Shown here piece by piece: positions 39,156-49,874 of a DNA stretch of 64,000 nt (within the stretch, counting starts at the first letter, position 1; each line of letters begins with the position of its first letter). Made by a program: the position numbers and the translations under genes. The stretch is from assembly GCA_040387835.1 (NCBI GenBank), contig JAZKCZ010000002.1:341166-405165 (forward strand), read 5' to 3'. The notes beneath the pieces are model-generated. The model was not told the origin of the DNA, made no database searches, and saw nothing but the letters and a program-made list of their open reading frames with translations. Source of the stretch: Myxococcota bacterium. Lineage in GTDB: Bacteria; Myxococcota; UBA727; JABDBI01.

Positions 39156-40144
39156 ACGCTCTTCAAAACAAGCCAGTTTCCAAAACGCCCATTTGGCTGA
39201 TGCGTCAAGCCGGCCGTTATATGGCTTCGTATAGAGCTTTGCGCGCCAAGCATACTTTGCTCGAGTTGGTCAAAACGCCTGAGCTCGCATGTGAGGTCAC
39301 GCTTCAGCCTTTGGCGGCGTTTAAACTCGATGCAGCGATCATATTTTCTGATATTTTGCCGATCTTGGAAACGTTAGGGCTCGGTCTCGATTTCGTTCAC
39401 GGCGAAGGTCCGGTTTTGGATAATCCCATTCGCACCCGTGCGCAGGTGCAAAATCTCACTTTAAGGCCCATTGAAGAAACCGTCGGCTTTACGCTGGACG
39501 CTATCAAACTGGTAAAGCCTGAAATCAAAGTGCCTTTGATTGGCTTTTCAGGATCGCCGTTTACACTCGCCTGTTACGCCATCGAAGGCGGCTCCAGCAA
39601 AGATCATCGCTTAGCCAAAACGTTCATGTATTCAGAGCCGGAAGCGTGGCATCGTCTCATGAGCACGCTGGCTGAATTAGTCGGGCAGTATTTGCTGCTT
39701 CAAGCTGATGCGGGCGTAGATGTACTGCAAGTCTTCGATAGCTGGGCCGGATCGCTCAGTGCGATAGATTATGAGCGTTTTGTATTTCCACACACTCAAA
39801 AGGTTATTAGGACCGCAAAACGCTCAGGCAAGCCTGTCATTTATTTTTCCACTGGCACTGCAGGATTTAACCATCTAATTGCGAAGTTAGATGCTGATGC
39901 CTATAGCATTGACTGGCGCATGCCACTGGGGCAAGCGCATGAAATTTTGGGCACTCATAAACCCATCCAAGGCAATTTAGATCCTCTCACTCTGCTGGCA
40001 CCCTGGGATGAGCTCAAACATCAAATCGATTTCGTTCTGGCACAGGCGCCTAAGACAGGCTTTATCTTCAACCTCGGTCATGGGATCTTGCAGCAAACAC
40101 CTGAAGATAACGTCCGCAGGTTAACGGACTACCTAAACGCGTAA
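39143..40144 (+). CDS. hemE: Uroporphyrinogen decarboxylase
   Basis: PIWLMRQAGRYM N-terminal signature of UroD. Confidence 0.9.
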   Translation: MDFLNALQNKPVSKTPIWLMRQAGRYMASYRALRAKHTLLELVKTPELACEVTLQPLAAFKLDAAIIFSDILPILETLGLGLDFVHGEGPVLDNPIRTRAQVQNLTLRPIEETVGFTLDAIKLVKPEIKVPLIGFSGSPFTLACYAIEGGSSKDHRLAKTFMYSEPEAWHRLMSTLAELVGQYLLLQADAGVDVLQVFDSWAGSLSAIDYERFVFPHTQKVIRTAKRSGKPVIYFSTGTAGFNHLIAKLDADAYSIDWRMPLGQAHEILGTHKPIQGNLDPLTLLAPWDELKHQIDFVLAQAPKTGFIFNLGHGILQQTPEDNVRRLTDYLNA

Positions 40145-40162
40145 TGTCACCCAACGATTGCT

Positions 40163-41251
40163 GTGGCTCATTCGTCCGTTGTATCCTTGGGTATGCCTGA
40201 ACCCATTGAAGAAGAGCTCCCGTTAGAAGAAGAAATCGAAGAACCGGCAGAACCAGCTACCGCGCCATCAAGCCCTAAATCGCCGGCCGCCAGCTTTGCC
40301 AGTGACCAAGACGATTCCAAAGCTGCCCAAAAGATCGCAACTGAAGAAAAATTCCTCGAGCCTATGGATTTAGAAAGCGCGGAAGCGGTTCCAAGGCGGC
40401 GCGGCAATTTCAGAACCCAAGTCGCTGCCAAACAGTTAAAGCGTCTCACGATAGATCCCAAAGAAGCTGCAGCTGAGGCTGGCGAAAAAGTACAAGATCT
40501 CGCCGCCTCGCACGGTGCCAGTATTTTGCACAATATCCCAGTACTCGGCCTGGTCGCCACTTTCTTTGCCAAGCGAAAAGAAAATAACGAGCTAAAAGAA
40601 ACGAGCGAAGATTTTACCGCCCTCAATCAAGCTCGCATGAAGATTTTAACCAAACAGCCACATGCCGCATTAGACATTGCCCGAGGAGTCGCTCCAAAGC
40701 AGTTTTGGCAGGAGAATCAAAGCCGCGGTGTCAATCTTCTGCTCGCCAACACTTTAGAATACGCCCAAGTGCAACTTCAAAAACGCTTTGCCAAACTTCA
40801 AAGAAGCAGCGTTGCCACTGATGTACAAACTATCGGCGCCGGCGTTTCAGCTTCCATCATCGGTGCACCGATTGGTGTTGGGATTTCAGCCGCTGGCGCT
40901 GTTGCCAAAGCGGGCATGGGCCTAAAATCTTTAGCCACTTTCGGCAGAAAATTCATCAATCGCACCCTAGGTGTAGAGCGCAGCGAACATGCCAGTCTGC
41001 TGTACGGTCTCGCGTTGGAGCATTTACAGTCCAAATATCAAGTACCGCCAGCCAGAGATCTCGACATGGTCAACCAATCAATGGACTTTGTCAGCACGCT
41101 CGGTATAGCCAAAGATAGGGAACAAGCGCGTGCCAATGCGTTTCAGATGCTTCGTTCATTAAATGTAGCGCCTGATCCGGGCGATCAGCAATCGGTAAAT
41201 CTATTCATGACCAAGGGTTTTGATAAAATCATGGATTTGATGAAAGGCTAA
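40163..41251 (+). CDS. Hypothetical protein with acidic, Pro/Glu-rich disordered N-terminus (362 aa)
   Basis: ORF 19 nt after hemE. EEELPLEEEIEEPAEPATAPSSPKSP low-complexity region, then an Ala/Gly-rich segment. No domain recognised. Confidence 0.5.
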   Translation: MAHSSVVSLGMPEPIEEELPLEEEIEEPAEPATAPSSPKSPAASFASDQDDSKAAQKIATEEKFLEPMDLESAEAVPRRRGNFRTQVAAKQLKRLTIDPKEAAAEAGEKVQDLAASHGASILHNIPVLGLVATFFAKRKENNELKETSEDFTALNQARMKILTKQPHAALDIARGVAPKQFWQENQSRGVNLLLANTLEYAQVQLQKRFAKLQRSSVATDVQTIGAGVSASIIGAPIGVGISAAGAVAKAGMGLKSLATFGRKFINRTLGVERSEHASLLYGLALEHLQSKYQVPPARDLDMVNQSMDFVSTLGIAKDREQARANAFQMLRSLNVAPDPGDQQSVNLFMTKGFDKIMDLMKG

Positions 41252-41304
41252 CACGCAAACAAATTCGAAAAATTTAGATTTCTCCAAAAGGCCTGAGGTA
41301 GTCT

Positions 41305-42603
41305 TTGGCCATGGTCGAAAATCAACATAAAGTCGGTGTCGTTCCAGCCACCCTAATGGTTGCTGGAAATATCATGGGTTCAGGCGTTTTCATGTTGCCG
41401 GCGAATTTAGCCGCAACAGGTGGAATCGCTATTTACGGGTGGATCGTCACCATAATTGGGGCGCTTTGTTTATCCATGGTTTATGCGCGTATGTCTTCCA
41501 TCGATGACAGCGCTGGCGGCTCTTACGCTTATGCCAAACGCGCTTTCGGGCCGTTTATTGGTTATCAAACCAACTTGCTCTATTGGGTGGGCAACTGGAT
41601 CGGCAACGTTGCTTTGACGGTCGTTGGTGTTGGCTATCTCAGCTTCTTTTTTTCGACTTTAGGAACGCCAATGGGCGGCGCTATTGCCTGCATCGGCATG
41701 ATTTGGCTCTTTACTTATATTAATATCTTAGGCCCTAAAATTACCTCAAGAGTTCAATCAGTGACCACCGTGCTGGCGCTGATCGTCATTGTTGGCGTGG
41801 CTATCTTTGGCTGGTTTAGATTTAGCCTCGATACCTACATGACATCTTGGAATGTTCAGCACTTAGGGACGTTTCCCGCAATTCAGTCCGTTTTAAACGT
41901 GACCCTTTGGTCCTTTATTGGGGTTGAAACGGCGTCGGTTGCGGCTGGCGTAGTAGAAAACCCGAAGAAAAATGTGCCCATTGCCACCATCGGCGGCGTG
42001 GCACTGGCGGCGGTTTGTTACCTGCTTTCCTGTACCGCGATCATGGGCGTTATCCCGGGGCCGGAACTCATCAAATCAGCGGCACCATTCGCAGATGCAG
42101 CAAAGTTGGCGATGGGCGAAATCGGCGGCGGTATTGTATCTTTTTGCGCGGCAGCAGGGTGTTTAGGCTCTTTGGGCGGTTGGATCATGGCCACAGGGCT
42201 CTCCGCAAAAGCGGCATCAGATGACGGACTGTTTCCCAAAATATTCGGTCGCGCGAATGCCAAAGGCACGCCAGTGATGGGGCTGATTATTGTCGCTGTT
42301 TTGATGACCCTTTGCGTCATTTTGACCGTTTCTCCTTCAGCCAGCAAAGAGTTTGGCACCATTTCGTCGATAGCAGTTTTATTAACCCTGGTTGCTTATA
42401 TTTATGTCGCAAGCGCTTTGATTGCCATTGCGAGCAGAGCAAATCAGGCCCTAGGCGTCATCATCTTTATCAGTGTCGTTAGCATCGCATTTTGTAGTTG
42501 GGCAGTCATCGGCACCAAAGGCGGTGAGCCCGCTTGGCTAGCCGTTATCCTGCTCGCGAGCACCGCCATGTACGCCTTAACCACCAAAGGAGAAAAAGTA
42601 TGA
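41305..42603 (+). CDS. APC-family basic amino acid/polyamine antiporter (PotE/CadB/AdiC-like)
   Basis: 12-TM APC pattern with N-terminus [25 protein letters not shown]. The stop overlaps the decarboxylase start (ATGA). Confidence 0.8.
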   Translation: MAMVENQHKVGVVPATLMVAGNIMGSGVFMLPANLAATGGIAIYGWIVTIIGALCLSMVYARMSSIDDSAGGSYAYAKRAFGPFIGYQTNLLYWVGNWIGNVALTVVGVGYLSFFFSTLGTPMGGAIACIGMIWLFTYINILGPKITSRVQSVTTVLALIVIVGVAIFGWFRFSLDTYMTSWNVQHLGTFPAIQSVLNVTLWSFIGVETASVAAGVVENPKKNVPIATIGGVALAAVCYLLSCTAIMGVIPGPELIKSAAPFADAAKLAMGEIGGGIVSFCAAAGCLGSLGGWIMATGLSAKAASDDGLFPKIFGRANAKGTPVMGLIIVAVLMTLCVILTVSPSASKEFGTISSIAVLLTLVAYIYVASALIAIASRANQALGVIIFISVVSIAFCSWAVIGTKGGEPAWLAVILLASTAMYALTTKGEKV

Positions 42604-44774
42604 TTGAAAGAACTTCTGCGGTGATAAGACATCGCGTCCTGCTTGCTCATGAAGCGATTGAAGAAGGCGGCGGCGCTGCACGAGCGCTGATGGCTCTAGA
42701 AGAAGAGCTGCTCATGCGCGATATTGACATGGTCAAGGGATCCGATGACAGCGCCAGCATCTTCTCCACCGACGCGAGCCTTCATGGCGTTTTGGTCAGC
42801 TGGACACTGCCTGGCGCCTTGGAGCTTATCCAAGTCATTCGCAAGAGAAACGGCAAAATCCCGATATTTCTTTTGATCGAGCGAGAAGACTCAGCGAATT
42901 TGTCCAAAGAAATCTTAACTATTGTTAGCGAATTAATTTGGCTATTCGAAGACAGCTTGCCGTTTATTGCTGGGCGTATTGAAGCGAGCATTCACTTATA
43001 TTCGAGCAATATTTTAGGACCGATGGCCAAGGCGCTGCTTGAATTTGATCACATCCATGAATACTCGTGGCACACACCAGGGCATACCGGTGGCACAGCG
43101 TTTCAAAAGGCACCTGCTGGCCGGTTATTTTTCGATTACTTTGGTGAGAATCTATTTAGATCCGACTTGTCGATTAGTGTAGGTGAACTGGGATCACTGC
43201 TTGATCACTCCGGACCGATCGGTGAAGGTGAAAAATATGCTGCTAGGGTGTTCGGCGCGGATCGAACCTATTGCGTAACCAACGGTACCTCCACTTCGAA
43301 TCGCATCATCTGGATGGCTTCGGTTTGTAGAGGCCAACTGGCTCTGGTGGATCGCAACTGCCATAAATCCACCGAACACGGGCTAACTCTGACTGGCGCG
43401 ATTCCACAGTATTTAATGCCTACGAGAAACCAATACGGCATTATCGGGCCAATTCCGCCCGAGCATTTGGTTTCAGAAGCGATTCATGCCAATGGCACGC
43501 CGGTTCATTGCGTTATCACCAACTCCACTTATGACGGGCTGACCTATAACGTGGATCGTGTTTTAGAGCTTATTGGTGATTCAGTCGACAGAATCCATTT
43601 TGACGAAGCTTGGTATGCTTACGCCAGGTTTCATCCGCTCTATCGAGGGCGTCATGCTATGCGAAAGGGTTCGGAAAACGGCTCGCTGCAAGGCCCCACC
43701 CTCTTTGCGACACATTCCACGCACAAACTGCTCGCCGCGCTTTCTCAGGCGTCGTTTATCCATATAAAAGACGGCCGCAACAGCATTGACCATGCGCGCT
43801 TCAACGAATCGTTTATGATGCACGCGTCCACTTCCCCTTTATACACCATAATTGCATCGAACGATGTCACGACATCTATGATGGACGGGCCCGGTGGTGA
43901 AGCTTTGATGGATGAAGCGATTAGGGACGCCATCGCTTTTAGACAGCTGGTCACCAAACTTTGGCGCGAGCATGCCGATAGCAACGATTGGTTTTTCCAA
44001 ACCTGGAATCCTACCGAAATCGAACAAACACCCTTCGAACAAGTGTCGCCTGATCGCCTGGCATGTGACCCGTCTTGTTGGGTCTTGCATCCTAACGACG
44101 AATGGCATGGGTTCCACCTAGAAGACGACTATTGCATGCTTGATCCCATCAAAGTGCAAGTGGTGACCACGCCCGGCAATTTTCCGGCAGGTCTTTTGAC
44201 TGCCTATCTTGATGCCAAGGGCATTGAAGTTGAGAAAACCAACGATTACTCCATTTTGTTTCTTTTCTCGATTGGAGTGACCAATGCGAAATGGAGCACA
44301 CTGCTGCACCAGCTGCTCGCATTTAAACAAGATTTCGATGCGAATCTGCCACTCACCGAAGCGATCCCTGCCATTGCAAATTTTTATCCGGGCCTCGGTC
44401 TCAAAGACTTAGGCAAGCGTATGCAGGATCATATGGTGAAAAATGGCACCTTGGATCTTCAAGCCAAAGCATTTTCAAAACTGCCGACGCCGACCATGAT
44501 CCCGGCGGATGCCTATCAACGTCTTCTTGCTAATGCCATTCAGCGCATTCCATTAAACCAAGCGGCGGGCAGGACGGCGGCGACCGGGTTGGTGCCTTAC
44601 CCACCAGGGATTCCGTTAATTATGCCGGGCGAAAATATTGGCAGTGCTGACGAGCCTTTCATGAAGTACCTGCTGGCACTCGAGGCATGGGACAAAGAAT
44701 TCCCAGGCTTTGCCCACGATACTCACGGGATCGAGCCTGAAAACGGCGTTTATCACTTATTGGTTCTCAAATGA
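42600..44774 (+). CDS. Inducible-type Orn/Lys/Arg decarboxylase (fold-I PLP enzyme with N-terminal wing domain)
   Basis: [11 protein letters not shown], ...[11 protein letters not shown]..., ...[11 protein letters not shown] (PLP-Lys). 725 aa from the ATG at 42600 that overlaps the antiporter stop. The ORF track's 42534 start lies inside the antiporter gene. Confidence 0.9.
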   Translation: MIERTSAVIRHRVLLAHEAIEEGGGAARALMALEEELLMRDIDMVKGSDDSASIFSTDASLHGVLVSWTLPGALELIQVIRKRNGKIPIFLLIEREDSANLSKEILTIVSELIWLFEDSLPFIAGRIEASIHLYSSNILGPMAKALLEFDHIHEYSWHTPGHTGGTAFQKAPAGRLFFDYFGENLFRSDLSISVGELGSLLDHSGPIGEGEKYAARVFGADRTYCVTNGTSTSNRIIWMASVCRGQLALVDRNCHKSTEHGLTLTGAIPQYLMPTRNQYGIIGPIPPEHLVSEAIHANGTPVHCVITNSTYDGLTYNVDRVLELIGDSVDRIHFDEAWYAYARFHPLYRGRHAMRKGSENGSLQGPTLFATHSTHKLLAALSQASFIHIKDGRNSIDHARFNESFMMHASTSPLYTIIASNDVTTSMMDGPGGEALMDEAIRDAIAFRQLVTKLWREHADSNDWFFQTWNPTEIEQTPFEQVSPDRLACDPSCWVLHPNDEWHGFHLEDDYCMLDPIKVQVVTTPGNFPAGLLTAYLDAKGIEVEKTNDYSILFLFSIGVTNAKWSTLLHQLLAFKQDFDANLPLTEAIPAIANFYPGLGLKDLGKRMQDHMVKNGTLDLQAKAFSKLPTPTMIPADAYQRLLANAIQRIPLNQAAGRTAATGLVPYPPGIPLIMPGENIGSADEPFMKYLLALEAWDKEFPGFAHDTHGIEPENGVYHLLVLK

Positions 44775-46099
44775 CCGATGCCCAGCCCAAAAAAATGAAT
44801 CTGCTCATGGCCAGCCTGCTGGTCCTGGTCAACATGGTGGGAACAGGCATTTTTTTGCTGCCTGTGAGCATGGCCAGCATTGGCAGTATCTCCATCTGGG
44901 GCTGGTTGATGGCAACGGTAGGCGCTGGTGCCATTGGGCTGATGTTCGCTCTTTTGGGATCGATTCAGCCTGTTGCGGGTGGGCCGTATGGATACGCAAG
45001 AGACTCATTAGGCGATTACTCGGGTTTTCAGACCAACTATGTCTATTGGACCGCCAATGTCGTTGGCAATATTGCCATTGCCACAACGGTGACTGGATAT
45101 TTTACGGAGTTCATCCCAGCTTTAAAGAGCATGCAGTTGGATTTATATTTTACGACTGGTCTAGTCTGGCTCGCTGTCATAATAAACTTGGGAGGACCCA
45201 GGTGGGTGGGCTTATTCACCAGTTCAGGAACTTTGCTGGCGTTGGTTCCCATTTTGCTGCTTTTAATTTTTGGATGGATATGGTTTGACCCATCTCTATT
45301 TAGCGCTAACTGGAATCCGCATCAGCTTTCTTTTACCCACGCGCTCACCAAGAGCGGCACATTTGCGCTGTGGGCCTTTATGGGCATTGAAAGCGCGTCT
45401 GTGGCATCCGATGTGATTGATAACCCCAAACGCAATATCCCTTTGGCTACGTTGATCGGCTTTTGTATGTCAGCGGTATTATATATTGGAACTTCCAGCC
45501 TGTTGATGGGGCTCATGACGGCTGAAGATCTTTCTAATTCGTCGGCGCCATTTTCGGATGCCGCTTTTAAAATGATTGGTCCCGCAGGCGCGATGATCAT
45601 GGCCGTATGCGCTATTTTTAAAGCATTTTCGTCGTTGGTCGGTTGGACTTTAATCGTCAATCAATCCGCTTATGCAGCCTCCAAAGACGGACTATTTCTA
45701 AAGATCTATAGCAAGAAGGATGGTCGGGGCATCCCGGTTTGGAACTTTGTGCTTTCTGGGATCTTAATGACTTTGATCGTGTTGGGCATTCACTCATCCA
45801 GCTTGACCAGAGAGTTCGATAAGATCATTAATATCGCTGTCATTTTGACGGTTTTGCCCTATCTTTACTCCGGGGTTGCCTTTTTAAGCTATACCTGGAA
45901 TGTTGATAGCACGCGTTGGCAACGAGTCGGGTTGTCCATTACGCTAGCAATCGCCAGTCTGTACTGCCTGTCGGTTGTCGCTGGTTCAGATGCCGCATTG
46001 GTTCGAACCGCGATGATAATCCTATTTGTCAGCATCCCCCTATATCCTCTCTTTAGCCTAGGACGTAAGCGGGGGGCCAAACCCGTCATGAGAAGATAA
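44771..46099 (+). CDS. Second APC-family antiporter (PotE/CadB-like)
   Basis: LMASLLVLVNMVGTGIFLLPVSMA N-terminus, 12 TM. The start overlaps the decarboxylase stop (ATGA). Confidence 0.8.
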   Translation: MTDAQPKKMNLLMASLLVLVNMVGTGIFLLPVSMASIGSISIWGWLMATVGAGAIGLMFALLGSIQPVAGGPYGYARDSLGDYSGFQTNYVYWTANVVGNIAIATTVTGYFTEFIPALKSMQLDLYFTTGLVWLAVIINLGGPRWVGLFTSSGTLLALVPILLLLIFGWIWFDPSLFSANWNPHQLSFTHALTKSGTFALWAFMGIESASVASDVIDNPKRNIPLATLIGFCMSAVLYIGTSSLLMGLMTAEDLSNSSAPFSDAAFKMIGPAGAMIMAVCAIFKAFSSLVGWTLIVNQSAYAASKDGLFLKIYSKKDGRGIPVWNFVLSGILMTLIVLGIHSSSLTREFDKIINIAVILTVLPYLYSGVAFLSYTWNVDSTRWQRVGLSITLAIASLYCLSVVAGSDAALVRTAMIILFVSIPLYPLFSLGRKRGAKPVMRR

Positions 46100-46110
46100 G
46101 AATATTTGAG

Positions 46111-46725
46111 ATGAAAGCGAGAATTATTTTTCTTCTGTTAAGTGCGCACGTCGCCTACAGCAATAGCCACGAACTCACGCCAGTGCCTTTTGTGGACCTA
46201 CAAAGGTATGCAGGTACCTGGCATGAAATCGCCAGACTTCCGGATTCGGCTGAAACCAACTGCGTTGAAAGCAAAGCCGAGTACCTATGGAAAAATGGTG
46301 CCATGCAAGTGCGGCACTTTTGTCGCAAAGCCAACGGCTCTCGCAAGCAGTCGGTTTCCAAAATAGCCATCGAAAACCCGCCCAATAACTCAAAGCTTAA
46401 AATTCAACTCGGGCCTAAATGGCTGAACTGGGTAGGTCTGGATGCCAACGAACACTGGATCATAGATCTAGACCCCAACTACCAATTTGCTGTGGTCAGC
46501 GAACCTGGAAAGCGCCAACTGAAAATCTTAAGCCGAACCCCCACCTTAGAAAAGCCAGTATACGACAAGATTATTGCTGAACTAAAAGCGCGGCATTTCG
46601 ATCTTTCGCACCTAATTGTTCTCCAAAATACGCAGCCCGCGGTGGCGCAGGGCGAAACTTGCCAAAGTGAAAAGAGCGGCTTACATAGTGCAGAGCTATG
46701 TATATCAAATCCTTTCTGTTCTTAA
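46111..46725 (+). CDS. blc: Bacterial lipocalin (Blc-like)
   Basis: Signal peptide, LQRYAGTWHEIARLP lipocalin SCR1 motif. About 200 aa. Confidence 0.7.
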   Translation: MKARIIFLLLSAHVAYSNSHELTPVPFVDLQRYAGTWHEIARLPDSAETNCVESKAEYLWKNGAMQVRHFCRKANGSRKQSVSKIAIENPPNNSKLKIQLGPKWLNWVGLDANEHWIIDLDPNYQFAVVSEPGKRQLKILSRTPTLEKPVYDKIIAELKARHFDLSHLIVLQNTQPAVAQGETCQSEKSGLHSAELCISNPFCS

Positions 46726-48365
46726 TCTTTAGTGTCAGCTTATATGCAAATGCTTGGTGGGAAGGCAAAGTGGTCTACCAAGTTTACCTGCGAAGTTTTC
46801 AAGATTCCAACAACGATGGCATTGGCGACATCCCTGGCCTTATCTCTAGATTAGACTATCTGCAAAGCCTGGGCGTTGATGCTTTATGGCTATCCCCAAT
46901 TCATAAATCGCCAGATTACGACTTTGGCTACGACGTCAAAGGGTATTTCAGCATCCACCCAGCCCTTGGGACACATCAGGATTTCCAGCAGCTAACCTTA
47001 CAAGCCAATAAGCGCGGCATCAAAATCATGATGGATTTGGTCATTAATCATACTTCGGACCAGCATCCTTGGTTTCTGGCTTCCAAATCTTCGAAATCAA
47101 ATCCCAAACGAAACTGGTACATCTGGTCAGATGGCAAAGGAAATCAACCCCCAAACAATTGGCGCTCTCGTTTAGACGAATCCTCTTGGGTGTATGACGA
47201 ATCGAGCAATCAATATTACCAGCATTCTTTCTTTAAAGAGCAGCCCGATCTGAACCTGCGCAACCCAGAAGTCCAAAAAGAAATCGAAAAAATTATGCAC
47301 TTCTGGCTGGAAAGAGGCGTCAGCGGCTTCAGACTAGATCTCGCCAACTACTACATGAAAGATGCTGGCCTCAGGGATAACCCCGCCACCAACTCCTGGT
47401 CGAAATGGTTTCAAAGTAGCGTCTATGCATACATGGGCCAAGAGCATCTGTACGACAAAAATCACCCAGACTTAGCCAATTTTTATCGAAAACTGCGAAC
47501 CATCGCCGACAATCATAACGCTCTACTTCTCGGCGAAGTTGATGTGGACGACGGCGAGCAGGCGATCTACGCGGCTCGCTCCGTATCCAATCAAACCAAG
47601 GGCACCGGGCTTCATCTATCATTGCACCGCGACTTTATATCGAACAAATTTTCAGCCGAAGGGCTGGAGAATATTATCACAGAGCACGAAGCACTCATGC
47701 CTAGAGATATTCCGATGGTGGTGACCTTCAATAACCACGATCATCAAAGATTCTCGACCACTCACACAGCCGCCGAAACGCGTTTAGCCGCCCTCTTTAC
47801 CTTAACCAGCAAAGGCTTCCCGGTCTTATACTATGGCGAAGAAATCGGCCTTAAAGACGCCTACGTTCCACAAGCTTTAGGCAAAGACCCATTGCCCAGA
47901 ATCATGTGGAAGCCAGCCTATTTCGCCCAGATTGGCAGAGACGGCTGTCGCACCCCGATGCATTGGGACAATACTGCGTATGCAGGGTTCTCCAAGGTAG
48001 AACCGTGGATCACCTTCGACAAAGAAGGCGCCGTGAGTGTGGAAGAACAAGAACAAGATGCAAAATCCTTGCTGAATTTTTACAAAAAGTTGATCTCTCT
48101 ACGCAAGCAACATGTGGCGTTGGCAAAAGGCAAACAAACACTCTATAAAACCGGCATCAAAAATCTGCTGATATTCAAAAGAGAGTATAAAGATCAAACA
48201 ATTTGGGTAGCGATGAACTTTAGCCCTGCCAATTGGATCTCGCTAAACACCCAAATCACTCCCGAAAATATCCTAGCAAGCACCCACCCCCAGACCACCA
48301 ACCTAACCGAACTAGGTCCGATGCAAGCAGTAATCACCACAAAAATACCCTCTCCTACACTGTAG
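46698..48365 (+). CDS. GH13 alpha-glucosidase / oligo-1,6-glucosidase family protein
   Basis: YQVYLRSFQDSNNDGIGD ... DLVINHTSDQHPWF ... GFRLDLANY ... conserved GH13 regions I-IV. Possible signal peptide. The last 7 codons (IPSPTL*) are supplied by the downstream repeat. Confidence 0.85.
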   Translation: MYIKSFLFLIFSVSLYANAWWEGKVVYQVYLRSFQDSNNDGIGDIPGLISRLDYLQSLGVDALWLSPIHKSPDYDFGYDVKGYFSIHPALGTHQDFQQLTLQANKRGIKIMMDLVINHTSDQHPWFLASKSSKSNPKRNWYIWSDGKGNQPPNNWRSRLDESSWVYDESSNQYYQHSFFKEQPDLNLRNPEVQKEIEKIMHFWLERGVSGFRLDLANYYMKDAGLRDNPATNSWSKWFQSSVYAYMGQEHLYDKNHPDLANFYRKLRTIADNHNALLLGEVDVDDGEQAIYAARSVSNQTKGTGLHLSLHRDFISNKFSAEGLENIITEHEALMPRDIPMVVTFNNHDHQRFSTTHTAAETRLAALFTLTSKGFPVLYYGEEIGLKDAYVPQALGKDPLPRIMWKPAYFAQIGRDGCRTPMHWDNTAYAGFSKVEPWITFDKEGAVSVEEQEQDAKSLLNFYKKLISLRKQHVALAKGKQTLYKTGIKNLLIFKREYKDQTIWVAMNFSPANWISLNTQITPENILASTHPQTTNLTELGPMQAVITTKIPSPTL

Positions 48366-48458
48366 AAGAGGGCATCTTGCCCTCCCTCGCTTGCGGGGGA
48401 GGGAGATTTGGCTTCAGCCAAATCGGGAGAGGGCTGTACCCGATCCCTGTAGGGTACG
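48346..48458. repeat. Hairpin-rich repeat, copy 1 (ccctctcctac-N-gtagaagaggg, gatttggct-tca-gccaaatc, gggagaggg, gtaccc-N-gggtac)
   Basis: Composite of three or four stem-loops. Related copies at 48865-48920 and 48964-49020. Confidence 0.65.
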
Positions 48459-48489
48459 CCAAAGTTAGTCGAGAACTGGTATCGCACTT

Positions 48490-48885
48490 ATGCAACAGTC
48501 TCTCAGGCCTTATGCCCGCGAACTTCGTCAGTCGCAGACATCTGCGGAGCTTTGGTTGTGGAAGATGGTTAGGGCTCATCGATTCGCTGGATTCAAGTTT
48601 CGCAGACAGGTTCCGATAGGGCCCTTTATTGTGGATTTCTATTGCGCGGCCAAGAGACTGGTTATCGAATTAGATGGCGGGCAACATAATGCCGAGCCGG
48701 CGTTGATTTATGATTTAAGACGGACTGCATTTTTAAAGAGCAAGGGGCTGGTTGTTTTGAGATTTTGGAACAACGAAGTTTTGGGGCAGCGGGAGTCGGT
48801 TTTACAGAAGATTTGGGAGGTGTTGCATGAGAAATCTCCCTCCCCGCACCCGAGCCAGGGCAAGATACCCTCTCCTACTTTGTAG
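48490..48885 (+). CDS. DUF559 endonuclease-domain protein (Vsr-like fold)
   Basis: ELRQSQTSAELWLW...LVIELDGGQH...LVVLRFWNNEV is the pattern of DUF559 proteins. The C-terminal tail ...SPSPHPSQGKIPSPTL* is encoded by the repeat. Confidence 0.75.
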   Translation: MQQSLRPYARELRQSQTSAELWLWKMVRAHRFAGFKFRRQVPIGPFIVDFYCAAKRLVIELDGGQHNAEPALIYDLRRTAFLKSKGLVVLRFWNNEVLGQRESVLQKIWEVLHEKSPSPHPSQGKIPSPTL

Positions 48886-49060
48886 GAGAGGGAGATTTTG
48901 GCTAGCCAAAATCGGGAGAGGTTTCCCCCCAACGTTAGACTTTCAATCGCCGGGATCGGCTACAACCCTCTCCCGATTTTGGCGGAGCCAAAATCTCCCT
49001 CTCCCACGAAGTGGGAGAGGGATAACAGACAGAATCCTCTTCTGCGCAGCAGGAGAGGTA
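48865..49060. repeat. Hairpin-rich repeat copies 2 and 3, plus a further palindrome, between the DUF559 ORF and the aroE 3' end
   Basis: taccctctcctactttgtaggagaggg-agattttggctagccaaaatc-gggagagg, and ccctctcccgattttggcggagccaaaatctccctctcccacgaagtgggagaggg. Confidence 0.65.
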
Positions 49061-49750
49061 TTATCCTGTCCTCCAAATCTCAAAGCTCAAAGCAGCCTGC
49101 TCCAGCAACATCCCCTTACCATTAAACGCCTTTGCGCCGCCCGCGATGGCCTTCTTCATTAAAGGCGTTTCCTCCGGATCATAAACCAAGTCGTAAAGCA
49201 CTTGACCCGGTCCAAACTGAATCTCCTCTAGATATTCAGGACTCAAGCCCGGCGTACAGTTGACGGTTATATCCCCGGGCATCGGCATCGCGCCGCTCGA
49301 TCTGGTCCAGGTTTCAATATTGTCCGCATGGCCATGAAATAACGCGTAACCGATCGCTTTGGCCGAGCCCCCTGCTCCCAAAACCAACGCTTTCATGCCA
49401 GGCAGTCGCACTTCTTTCTTTCGCAAATCTTCCAAAAAGCCGGGCGCGTCTGTGTTGTCCCCAATCAACTTATCATGCTTCCAAAACAGCGTGTTCACCG
49501 CGCCAATCGCCGCAGCTGTATCCGTGAGGCCATCTAAAAAAGGGATAATCTTCTCTTTATGAGGAATCGTCACATTAGCGCCGCCGAAACTTTCCTCCCG
49601 AAAGCGTATGACAGCTGCTGCTAAGTCTTCAGATTTGGTCGGCAGCAGCTCATAAGACCAGTCAAGGCCCGCTTGCTTAAACGCTGCATTATGAATCTCA
49701 GGACTTAGACTATAATCTAGGGGCCAACCAAAAATACCAAATCGTTTCAT
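49061..49750 (-). CDS. aroE: Shikimate dehydrogenase
   Basis: MKRFGIFGWPLDYSLSPEIHNAAFKQAGLDWSYELL ... GAGGSAKAI (NADP-binding Gly motif). Confidence 0.85.
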   Translation of the reverse strand: MKRFGIFGWPLDYSLSPEIHNAAFKQAGLDWSYELLPTKSEDLAAAVIRFREESFGGANVTIPHKEKIIPFLDGLTDTAAAIGAVNTLFWKHDKLIGDNTDAPGFLEDLRKKEVRLPGMKALVLGAGGSAKAIGYALFHGHADNIETWTRSSGAMPMPGDITVNCTPGLSPEYLEEIQFGPGQVLYDLVYDPEETPLMKKAIAGGAKAFNGKGMLLEQAALSFEIWRTG

Positions 49751-49874
49751 ATAAAAACCCCTAGCATAGGACCTGGGTTGACCAAAGCACTAATTACACC
49801 TACGAAAATCAGGAGCTCTGCCCATAGAAACTGCTTAGTCCTAAAGCGGTAGAGCAAATTTAGGAGCAATTAAA

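Noticed and set aside
42534-42599. Upstream in-frame ATG (42534) given by the ORF track for the decarboxylase
   Set aside because: It lies inside the antiporter coding region. The ATG at 42600 forms an ATGA overlap with the antiporter stop and is followed by the conserved wing-domain N-terminus.
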